Assembly (NCBI GenBank): GCA_019421015.1
Contig: JAHZGC010000002.1
Location: 156,436-220,435 of the forward strand
DNA: 64,000 nt
Reading direction: 5' to 3'
DNA from: Coriobacteriaceae bacterium
Lineage (GTDB): Bacteria > Actinomycetota > Coriobacteriia > Coriobacteriales > UMGS124
Shown here: one piece after another, positions 21,085 to 28,913 of the stretch
How the letters are laid out: each line of letters begins with the position of its first letter
Position numbering within the stretch: position 1 is the first letter of the stretch
Notes under the pieces: generated by a model
Seen by the model: only the letters and a program-made list of their open reading frames with translations
What the model was told of the DNA's origin: nothing
The model's database searches: none
Position numbers and translations under genes: made by a program

Positions 21085-21171
21085 GGGGCGCCTGCGGGGC
21101 GCTGCGCACGTTGCGGTCGTCCTCTATGCCCCGCAATGTCAAACCCGAATAGCTCCTGGAGTCATTGAAGG

Positions 21172-21214
21172 AAAAACGCCTGGCACCCGTGCGATGGTGC
21201 CAGGCGTTTATATT
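21172..21214. terminator. Bidirectional intrinsic terminator between convergent flavoprotein genes
   Basis: A perfect 12-bp stem ACGCCTGGCACC / GGTGCCAGGCGT (21176-21187 and 21196-21207) has an 8-nt loop. It is flanked by AAAAA upstream and TTATATT downstream. Confidence 0.75.
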
Positions 21215-21288
21215 GTGCGGAGCGTGGCGAGCTACGGCGAAAAGTCCGACCCTGCGCCCCGTATTACTTGATTGCCGGCAAGGTGCCG

Positions 21289-23283
21289 CTATGCCACAAC
21301 GAGGCCGTCGGCTTTGGTGTAGGTCGCATGGGCACCGTTGACGGTCACGTCGGCCTCCTGCAGCGCGTAGCGGTAGTTGGCCTGCTGGCTGTCGGCGCGG
21401 GCGGTGGCCACGTTCACCTTGGAGATGGTGGCGACGAAGGCGGCGTCCTCGAGGTCCATGCCGGCGACCTTCTTGTAGCCCTTGACTGCCTCGAAGAAAT
21501 CGGCGAACGCCGGGTCGCTCATGGCGATGGTCGCGGGGCTGTCCTCGTCGGTGAGGCCGAGGTCCATGGTGGTGAACAGGTCGATGGCGGCCATGACGAC
21601 CTGCTTGGCGTTGCCGCGGTCGTCCATCGCCAGGTCGCTGGACTTCACGCCCTGCTCGGCGGCGATAGCGGCAGCCTGACGGGCGGCCACGCGGCCGCCG
21701 TTGATGCACTCGGCGCTGGCGGAGCCGGGCACGTCGATGGGATACACGTCGCGGTAGAGCATGATGCCGTCGAGGCCCGTGCAGAAGACGTTGTCCATGT
21801 GGCCACCGGCGTCGAGCTGCGGCTTGAACTCACGGTTGGTCACGACGCCGCCGAGCGGGCCCTCCATGGCCTCGTGGATCATGCCCATGTAGAAGGGGGG
21901 TGTGGCGATGGGCTTGAGGTACTCGGCGTCCTTGCCGAACCAGGTGTCCTTGCCGGCCTCGCATTCGGCGTTGTACTCGGCCACGGTGGCGGCGAGGGCC
22001 TTGGGGTCGAGCCCGGCTTTCTCGGCCAGCTCCTCGATGGTGTCGGCGCGCCAGGCGTCGGTGCCCTCCTCGATGATCATGTCCCACTGTCCCATCAGGT
22101 CCACGTCCCATTCGGCCGCCTGGTCGGCAAAGTCGGCTGCCAAAGACTCGACGATGGGCGTGTCGAAGACCACGTAGGCGTGGGCGTTCTGGTTGTGGAT
22201 GGGATGGGAGAGGGTGATGTTGTTGCCGGTGCGCAGCGCGCAGCTCTCATCGACGAAGCGGACGCAGTCGGAGTTGACCCAGATGCCGGGGCCGCCGGAG
22301 CAGAAGGCGCCGTAGAAGGGCCCGAACGTGGCGATCTCGAAGTTGTAGCTGATGCGGTTGTACTTGAGGTAGCACACGCCGCTGAACTCCGAGGCGCCGG
22401 CGGCCAGCAGCATGTTGATGCCGTCGCCGTAGTGACCGGGGGTGCCGATGCGCTCCAGGTAGTCCAGGTTAAAGCCGTGCTTCACGAGGCGGGAGTCGTC
22501 GTTGGCAAAGCCGCCGGTGCAGATGATTACGGCAGGAGCGCGGAACACCACCAGGTCGCCGAAGGCGTCGATGGCGTAGACGCCGTTGGGCTTGTCGTCC
22601 TCGAAGTACAGCTCCACGGCGCGGGTGTTCAGGCGGATGTCGACGCCCAGCTCGCGGGCCTTGGCCTCCATGGGGGGCAGGTAGCCCGTGGCGCAGGCGC
22701 CGTCCTGGAACCAGTGGAAGGAGTCCACGACGCCGCCCACCGCGCCGAAGGGATAGTTGTCGATCTCACCGGAGAAGAGCACGCCGCAGTCGTCGACCAT
22801 CCACTTGATGTTGTCGGCAGCGGCCTGCATGAGGTCCTTGTACAGCAGACCGTCCACGCACCATTGGGTTTTGCCCAACTCCTCCTGCATGACGACGGCC
22901 GGGTCGCACTCGATGCCCTGCTCCTGCTGCATGAAGCTGTTCACGCCAAAGGTGCCCTCGACGCCCATGCCGTTGCCTCCGAGGACCTCCTGGCCCTCCA
23001 GAGTGATGACGCTGGCGCCTTCCTGGGCAGCCTGTACCGAGGCGGCCAGGCCCGAGACGCCGCAGCCCACAACGACCACGCCGCAGTCGATGATTTCGGA
23101 GACGGCGCCCTTGTCGATGGCGACGCCGGCGGGGCTCACATACTCGGCGTCGGGCGCAGCGGCGGCCTCGTCGGCGATGGCGCCGCGAACGGAGGGCATG
23201 GCGATGCCGGCGGAGGCGGCAATGGCTCCACCGGCGAGAGCGGAACCTGCGACGAAGCTTCGACGGGACACGTTGACCTGCAT
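21289..23283 (-). CDS. Tat-exported FAD-dependent oxidoreductase with a unique C-terminal extension of about 119 aa
   Basis: The Tat signal is MQVNVSRRSFVAGSALAGGAIAA and the FAD fold is GVVVVGCGVSG. After the usual end of the fold (..GGRVAARQAAAIAAEQG) there are 119 further residues not seen in the seven paralogs. Confidence 0.88.
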   Translation of the reverse strand: MQVNVSRRSFVAGSALAGGAIAASAGIAMPSVRGAIADEAAAAPDAEYVSPAGVAIDKGAVSEIIDCGVVVVGCGVSGLAASVQAAQEGASVITLEGQEVLGGNGMGVEGTFGVNSFMQQEQGIECDPAVVMQEELGKTQWCVDGLLYKDLMQAAADNIKWMVDDCGVLFSGEIDNYPFGAVGGVVDSFHWFQDGACATGYLPPMEAKARELGVDIRLNTRAVELYFEDDKPNGVYAIDAFGDLVVFRAPAVIICTGGFANDDSRLVKHGFNLDYLERIGTPGHYGDGINMLLAAGASEFSGVCYLKYNRISYNFEIATFGPFYGAFCSGGPGIWVNSDCVRFVDESCALRTGNNITLSHPIHNQNAHAYVVFDTPIVESLAADFADQAAEWDVDLMGQWDMIIEEGTDAWRADTIEELAEKAGLDPKALAATVAEYNAECEAGKDTWFGKDAEYLKPIATPPFYMGMIHEAMEGPLGGVVTNREFKPQLDAGGHMDNVFCTGLDGIMLYRDVYPIDVPGSASAECINGGRVAARQAAAIAAEQGVKSSDLAMDDRGNAKQVVMAAIDLFTTMDLGLTDEDSPATIAMSDPAFADFFEAVKGYKKVAGMDLEDAAFVATISKVNVATARADSQQANYRYALQEADVTVNGAHATYTKADGLVVA

Positions 23284-23503
23284 GGCCTTCTCCTTTTCCT
23301 ATTGCAACCTTATGCGTATGCTTATGCACCTGAGGCGCCGGCCCCGGGTGCCGCTGACGAGGCCCACTGTAGCCCCGCGCTTTGCGGCGGCGCGACGCGA
23401 CAAGTTGGTGATTTGGACGCGGCGAGCAGTTCACCAAAAAGTGATTACAGTCGTTGAGCTGGCATTTCAAGAAGGGTACCGGGTAGACCCTCCCTCGGGG
23501 GCC

Positions 23504-25135
23504 ATGCTTCTCGCCAGCTGCGCGCCCTTGGGCAAATCATGGGCGGGCGCGTATACTGCACCTCAGCGCGTATTGCCCGTGGAAGCGTTTGAGGTGGGCG
23601 TGCCCAGCCGCATCGTCCCCTCTCTGCGCACGAAAGGACCGCCGACCGTGTCTTCCCCCGCCTCCAACCTCAAGTCCGAGCTCGGTGCCAACTTCTCCGG
23701 TTCGGCCTCGCCCCTTGCCATTGTGGGGGCGTGCCTTTTTTGGTTGTGGCTAGACGCGGCGGTGTTCTCGCCCACCCTATGCGTCGGCTATGGCAATCCC
23801 CAGACGTACGCGTTCGCCTTCTTGGTGGCCACGGCCTCCTCTATTGTGGCCCTTGCGCTTCTTTTGGCGCGGGCCTCGGGCGAGACGGCCCTCTCGGTCC
23901 GACGCCGCAACATCGCCTGTGCGTCAGGCATTGTGGGAACGTTTGGTAGCTTCACTGTTATAGGCGCCTGCGCCTTGTCCTCGACGGTGTTGCTGGCAGT
24001 GGGGGAAGTGCTCGTGGGAGTGTCGTTTGCCGTATCCACCCTTGCGTGGGGCTTCGTGTGCGTGGCCCAGGGACACCATCGCGCCGTGCTCCACATCGCG
24101 GGGGCATGGGCACTCGCCTTGCCCTTTAACCTCCTGCTCGCCGTGCTGCCCCCGTTGGTCTCCGGGGTCGTCGTGGCTCTTCTCCCCCTTTGCTCGGCGG
24201 GGGTGTATGCGGCATTGTGGGTTTTGCAGAACAAGGGGCGCTATCGTGTGAAGCAGGAAGCGTTCAACAGGGTCGAGGTGTTGGACCCCCGGCAGACAGT
24301 CCTGGGGTTCGACCGACGGCTGCTCTTGCTCATCCTGGCCTTCTGTACCATTTTTGGTCTCATGTATGCATGGAGCGTCTTCCCCGCCTCCTCGGGGGCC
24401 GACGGCTCGAACGTGCAGGTGGTGGGCGTGCGCGGTTTTACGGCGCTGGTGTTTTTCGTCGCAAGCCTCACCGTGTTGCGCGACCGCGTAAAGACCATGT
24501 TCAAAGCCTGCTTCTACATATTGGTGGTGGGACTCGTTGCCATGGTCGTGGGGCTCTTCATTCCCGGTTTTTATCCGGTGAGCTCCTGGCTGGTGGCCGT
24601 GGGGTATTGCGGGTTCGACGTGCTTGTTTGGACGATGATTGCCTTTCACGGTTATGTAAGCCCCAACGCGCCCCTCAAAAGCGTCGCCATCGCCATGCTG
24701 GCCGAGCAGGTGGGCATCTTCGTCGGGGCGCTTGCGGGAACGCTCCTATCGGCGGCGGGGCTTGATGTGGCCGTCCGAACCATGGCCATCATGGCGCTCA
24801 ACATGCTGGCGATCGTGGCGCTGGTGAGCTACACGGAGTACGGGTCGCAGCTGTGGTCGCTTCTGATCAAGACCTCCATGGCGAGCGACAAGGCATTCGA
24901 GCCCACCAACGAGCTGGCGTCGTTTGCGGCAGAACACCAGCTCACCGACCGCGAGGCTGAGATTCTCTCGGTGTTTGTGGAAGGCCGCAGCATGGTTTAT
25001 ATTGCCGAGAAGCTCTTTGTAAGTGAAAACACCGTCAAAACTCATATCCGCCATATTTATACCAAGCTTGATGTCCACAACAAGCAGGATCTCATGGATA
25101 TGGTGGAACGTTGGCGCGCTGAGAAACGGGGCTAG
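23504..25135 (+). CDS. Multi-TM LuxR-family transcriptional regulator
   Basis: The N-terminal region is hydrophobic and the HTH is LTDREAEILSVFVEGRSMVYIAEKLFVSENTVKTHIRHIYTKL. The start is uncertain: ATG 23504, GTG 23594 or GTG 23600. The upstream part of the 792-aa ORF is antisense to the flavoprotein gene. Confidence 0.8.
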   Translation: MLLASCAPLGKSWAGAYTAPQRVLPVEAFEVGVPSRIVPSLRTKGPPTVSSPASNLKSELGANFSGSASPLAIVGACLFWLWLDAAVFSPTLCVGYGNPQTYAFAFLVATASSIVALALLLARASGETALSVRRRNIACASGIVGTFGSFTVIGACALSSTVLLAVGEVLVGVSFAVSTLAWGFVCVAQGHHRAVLHIAGAWALALPFNLLLAVLPPLVSGVVVALLPLCSAGVYAALWVLQNKGRYRVKQEAFNRVEVLDPRQTVLGFDRRLLLLILAFCTIFGLMYAWSVFPASSGADGSNVQVVGVRGFTALVFFVASLTVLRDRVKTMFKACFYILVVGLVAMVVGLFIPGFYPVSSWLVAVGYCGFDVLVWTMIAFHGYVSPNAPLKSVAIAMLAEQVGIFVGALAGTLLSAAGLDVAVRTMAIMALNMLAIVALVSYTEYGSQLWSLLIKTSMASDKAFEPTNELASFAAEHQLTDREAEILSVFVEGRSMVYIAEKLFVSENTVKTHIRHIYTKLDVHNKQDLMDMVERWRAEKRG

Positions 25136-25445
25136 GGCACTACCAAAAGTTATTGCCGCAAGGCGCGGCAGGGTGCGGTGTGCTGGGGCACATGAGCCCT
25201 GGCATAACGCCGGTGGCGGCAATTCTTGGATCGCTCTAGAACCCCACCCGGTTTGGGGGGTATGGGATTTACCCGCTTCAGGGCTGGTTGCCAGGCAACG
25301 GTTTGGCCGATACAGGGCACACGCCTACATCGAGGCCAATGGCCTCTTTGGCGTCGAGCCCAGCGGTCCCATCGCTGGTAACCTCGCCGATGGCCAGGAG
25401 GCGCGCTCTCTGGGCGCCGCTTTCATCCGCAAGGCCGAATCGGTC

Positions 25446-25706
25446 ATGAACAAAAACGACCTGGGTCTCGACGGCAGCACCCCCCAGACCGTCACATCTG
25501 AGTCCTGCCCCGAACTCTTCGAGCGTGTCGGAAAGATTATGGGCGTGGACGTCGAGAGCTGCACCCTCAAGTGCGATGTGTCCACCATCGTGAGCGAGAC
25601 CGTTCGCGGCAACCATGAGACCTACACCTATCTCGTGACGTACATGGACGCCGTAATCGACGGCGTTGAGGTTATTTACGAGAACGGCACCTACTCCATC
25701 GCATAG
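25446..25706 (+). CDS. Hypothetical small protein (86 aa; may extend upstream without an ATG)
   Basis: The sequence MNKNDLGLDGSTPQ...YTYLVTYMDAVIDGVEVIYENGTYSIA is protein-like and lies in a lower-GC patch. I recognised no family and the RBS is weak. Confidence 0.35.
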   Translation: MNKNDLGLDGSTPQTVTSESCPELFERVGKIMGVDVESCTLKCDVSTIVSETVRGNHETYTYLVTYMDAVIDGVEVIYENGTYSIA

Positions 25707-25833
25707 GGCCCGTGTCCCCAGCCCATTCATGAAGACGGCCGATGCGCGTCGTGCGCCTCGGCCGTCCTTGGTGGATAATCGAGTTGGGACACGAATTGCG
25801 TGTGAGGGGGGAGCGTTGAAGGGGAGAACGACG

Positions 25834-26444
25834 ATGAGGGCGCTAGGCATGGGCGTCTTCTGGGGCTGGTTCGACTCGGCTGTGATGGGGTCCCAGGTGA
25901 GGTTGAGGCTCGGGGGTTCCGGCGCCCCGATGGAGTCGTTCGTGCTGGCGCTTGCGGTCGGTGCCATGGCAATGGTTCTCGCTTCTGTTTTCCCGAAGGC
26001 GTTTCGTTCGTCTACCTGTTCGAGGCGCTGGGGGTGGTGGCGGCGATGGCGGCGCCGGCACAGAGCCTTGTTCCAGGCGCCGGAAGGCCTGTTGCCGTTG
26101 CAATGGCATTTGTCCTAACGGTCGGGTGCATCCTTGTTTTTGATAACGACTCGGGTCTCTGGACCCAAATTGGCTTCGGCGGTGGAGGATTGGTTCCTGA
26201 AGGGCCTGGCGAGACATCGCTTGCAGAGCTTTGCAGGTTGCGTGGACTTACAACTAGAGAAGCCGAAGTCGCGGCCTTTTTAGCGGAAGGCAGGAGCTAC
26301 AAGGTCATAGCCGAGAAACTTTTGGTGTCGCAAGATACCATCAAAGGTCATGTCAAAGCGATTTATCAAAAGTTCGATGTTCATACGAAGCAGGATTTCA
26401 TCGAGCTTGTGTCGAGTGTTGAATCCAGCGAAGAGGTTCGATGA
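25834..26444 (+). pseudogene. Internally deleted and frameshifted membrane LuxR remnant
   Basis: ATG 25834 has a GGGGAG RBS and opens with MRALGMGVFWGWFDSAVM.., which is homologous to the first TMs of the 23504 regulator (ACLFWLWLDAAVF). The frame switches near 25995-26005. The downstream frame (26034..26444) carries two TMs plus the HTH LTTREAEVAAFLAEGRSYKVIAEKLLVSQDTIKGHVKAIYQKF. Confidence 0.6.
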
Positions 26445-26522
26445 TTTGTGGGGAGCGCCGAGCAGCTCTGCCTCAGCTGCCATCACGCCAACGTCTACGA
26501 GTGCCAGATCTGCCACGCGTAG
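26445..26522 (+). pseudogene. 3' relic of a multihaem cytochrome c gene
   Basis: It translates as FVGSAEQLCLSCHHANVYECQICHA*, with two CxxCH motifs. It is collinear with the C-terminus of the 59859..60503 cytochrome (CTNCHHANVFACGTCHQ*). It begins directly after the LuxR remnant's stop codon. Confidence 0.6.
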
Positions 26523-26638
26523 GAGGTCGGGCACTGCGGTTTTGAGAATACGAGCCACCGCTCATGTTTAGTGGGGGCGGTCGGTTGTATGGGCAACCGG
26601 CTGCCCCGCGGCGATCCCCGTTCCGCCACTATCCCCCA

Positions 26639-26647
26639 TGCTACAAT
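26639..26647 (+). promoter_or_regulatory. Possible extended -10 (TGcTACAAT) for the HipA-like gene
   Basis: The sequence tgctacaat ends 28 nt before ATG 26676. No convincing -35 is present. Confidence 0.3.
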
Positions 26648-26675
26648 CCCTCCCACATCGACGAGGGGAGGTGCC

Positions 26676-27923
26676 ATGGCTCTGGAACCGGCCGGCTGCA
26701 AGCGCGAGCCGCTGCGGCGCACGCTCATGTGCAAAGACGCGGAGGTGCTGCGGTTCTCCTACGACCCCCTGCGGCGCGTGGTGGTCGGCAAACCGGAGGT
26801 GCTCGACGAGCGGTACCTGCCGCTGGGAGCGCTCGGCCATGACGGCCGGTTTGGCAAGGGTCCCCTCGCATCGTGGCTGACCGGTCGTGGCGTGCCGCTG
26901 TCGAGGCCGGGGCTTTCTCCCGTTCTGAGCTCGCTTGGCCTTGCTAGCCCCGAGGAGCTGCAGGTTGCCGAGCTGGGCCTGTCGCTTTCGGACCACTACT
27001 GGTTCAGGCCGCCCGATCGCGACGACGTTCGCTGGGAGACGGTGAACTTCTTCGACCATCCGTTCTCGCCCGAGTTGGGCGAAGCCCTGGCGCCCCACGA
27101 CCCCGATTCGGGCTCGGCCGCCCTGCGCCGGGTGGAGGAGGACGGCCTGGTGGTGACCTCGTCGCCCGATGCGGCTCTGAACGGTAATCTGCCCAAACGG
27201 TGGCAGATTGCGCCCGATGGCACGCGGGTCCTGGTCAAATCGGGAAAGGCGGCGAACCTGTTTCAGGAGCCGTTCAACGAGGTTGTTGCGACGGCCCTAT
27301 GCCGGCGTATCCTGCCACAAGGGACGTATGTTCCTTACGAGCTGCAGCCCAACGGATATCCGTCTTTCCTCTCGACGTGCCCGTGCATGGTTGACAAGGA
27401 CCACGAGCTGGTGATTGCCGGCGACGTGGTGCGGTCTCACAAATCCGACCCCTCGAAGTCGCGCTACGAGAACTTTGCCGAGATCTGCGAGGGCCACGGG
27501 GTACCCGACGTTCGGCTTGGCCTGTCGCGCATGCTTGTGGTAGACCACATCGTGGCGAACTTCGACCGCCACTGGGGGAACTTCGGCGTCATCGTCGAGA
27601 CCGAGACGCGCCGATGGGTTGGGCTTGCCCCCATCTACGACACCGGCGAGAGCCTGTGGTGTGACCGGGCGCTGGCGAACGACTTTAGGCCTTATACGAA
27701 GGCGCTCTACCCCATGCCGTTCTCCACGGACATTTCGAGCCAGGTGGAACGCTACGCGGGGGACCTTGGCTGGTTAGACCCCGAGGCGCTCGACGGGTTT
27801 GTCGACGAGGCCGTCGACGTGCTCGCATGCAACCGCGAGGTTGCTGCGATGCCGGGCAGGCTCGAGGGGATCCGGGCGGCGCTGGGGCGCACGGTGCAAG
27901 ACGTGCTGAGAGCGCGGGGCTAA
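26676..27923 (+). CDS. HipA-like serine/threonine kinase with no adjacent HipB
   Basis: The HipA_C-type catalytic loop is VANFDRHWGNFGV, the Mg-binding motif is LAPIYDTGESL, and the P-loop-like motif is ALNGNLPKRW. The start has GGGGAGG 6 nt upstream. Confidence 0.75.
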   Translation: MALEPAGCKREPLRRTLMCKDAEVLRFSYDPLRRVVVGKPEVLDERYLPLGALGHDGRFGKGPLASWLTGRGVPLSRPGLSPVLSSLGLASPEELQVAELGLSLSDHYWFRPPDRDDVRWETVNFFDHPFSPELGEALAPHDPDSGSAALRRVEEDGLVVTSSPDAALNGNLPKRWQIAPDGTRVLVKSGKAANLFQEPFNEVVATALCRRILPQGTYVPYELQPNGYPSFLSTCPCMVDKDHELVIAGDVVRSHKSDPSKSRYENFAEICEGHGVPDVRLGLSRMLVVDHIVANFDRHWGNFGVIVETETRRWVGLAPIYDTGESLWCDRALANDFRPYTKALYPMPFSTDISSQVERYAGDLGWLDPEALDGFVDEAVDVLACNREVAAMPGRLEGIRAALGRTVQDVLRARG

Positions 27924-27942
27924 TTTCAAAGAGGGGGCACCC

Positions 27943-28827
27943 ATGGACTTTGCCCAGCTGTCGTGCTTTGTGCGCGCCTACGAGTGCGGGAACTTCTCCC
28001 AGGTGGCGGCCGACCTGTACTTGGCCCAGACGTCGCTGACCTACCGCATCGCGAGCCTCGAGAAGGAGCTGGGCTGCGAGCTGTTTGTGCGCACCAAGCG
28101 CGGGGTGGTCCCCACGGAGGCGGCTCGAGCGGCCTATGGCGAGGCGGTGGCCCTGATCCAAGGAGAGGGGCGCCTGCGGGAGGCTGCCTACACCGCCGCC
28201 GAGAAGCGCCGCGCCCTGGTGCGGGTGGGGTTCAACCGTTATCCGGGAATACCGTCGTTCTTCGAGGCGGTTGACCGCTACCGCGCCGCCCACCCCGACA
28301 TCGCGGTGGAGACCGACTTCACCTATCTCGAGAACCCGTCGGCTGCCCTGGAGGCGGGCACGCACGACGTGGTGCTCCTGCTCGACTACGAGGGGCGTTC
28401 CTACACCCCGCAGACCTTCGAGCCGTTGGGAGAGCTGCGCTACCACGTCACGATGGCGTCGGGCCATCCTTTGGGCGCGCGTCCGGAACTTGGGCTCGAG
28501 GACCTGCGGGGCCAAACCGTGTACGTGCTCAAACCGCTGGTCAACAGCGCGTTCCAAGTGCCCTCGGTGGAGGAGCTGCGCCGGTGTGGGGCTGTGGTGG
28601 ACGACACTCTCACCGACAACGAGCTTCTTTTGCTCGCCATTCGCCGTGGCAGCGGCGTCAGCGTGTACCCGTCGTTGGGAACGGCCGCCCAGGAGGGTTA
28701 CACCCGCCGCCCGCTGGTGGACTGCCCTCCGCTGCCCTACGGGCTGCTGTTCTCGGAGGACCGCCTGACGCCGGCGGCGCGCGGGTTTATCGGCTGTGTG
28801 AGGGCGGCCATGGTGGCTGAGCGGTAA
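27943..28827 (+). CDS. LysR-family transcriptional regulator
   Basis: The N-terminal HTH is MDFAQLSCFVRAYECGNFSQVAADLYLAQTSLTYRIASLEKELGCELFVR, followed by a LysR substrate-binding fold. It starts 19 nt after the HipA-like stop. Confidence 0.9.
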   Translation: MDFAQLSCFVRAYECGNFSQVAADLYLAQTSLTYRIASLEKELGCELFVRTKRGVVPTEAARAAYGEAVALIQGEGRLREAAYTAAEKRRALVRVGFNRYPGIPSFFEAVDRYRAAHPDIAVETDFTYLENPSAALEAGTHDVVLLLDYEGRSYTPQTFEPLGELRYHVTMASGHPLGARPELGLEDLRGQTVYVLKPLVNSAFQVPSVEELRRCGAVVDDTLTDNELLLLAIRRGSGVSVYPSLGTAAQEGYTRRPLVDCPPLPYGLLFSEDRLTPAARGFIGCVRAAMVAER

Positions 28828-28849
28828 GCGGTGGGCGGCAGAGAGAAGC

Positions 28850-28886
28850 GCAGGCCGGGTCTGCAGATTGCACGGGCCCGGCCTGC
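28850..28886. terminator. GC hairpin between convergent LysR and flavoprotein genes (no U-tract)
   Basis: GCAGGCCGGG (28850-28859) pairs with CCCGGCCTGC (28877-28886), a 10-bp stem. Confidence 0.3.
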
Positions 28887-28913
28887 GGGGCCACGCGGGG
28901 TTTGCGCGCGTCT

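Noticed and set aside
22757-23503. An N-terminal extension of the LuxR ORF, giving 792 aa in total.
   Set aside because: This part is antisense to the 21289-23283 flavoprotein and is not protein-like. The real start lies at 23504 or later.
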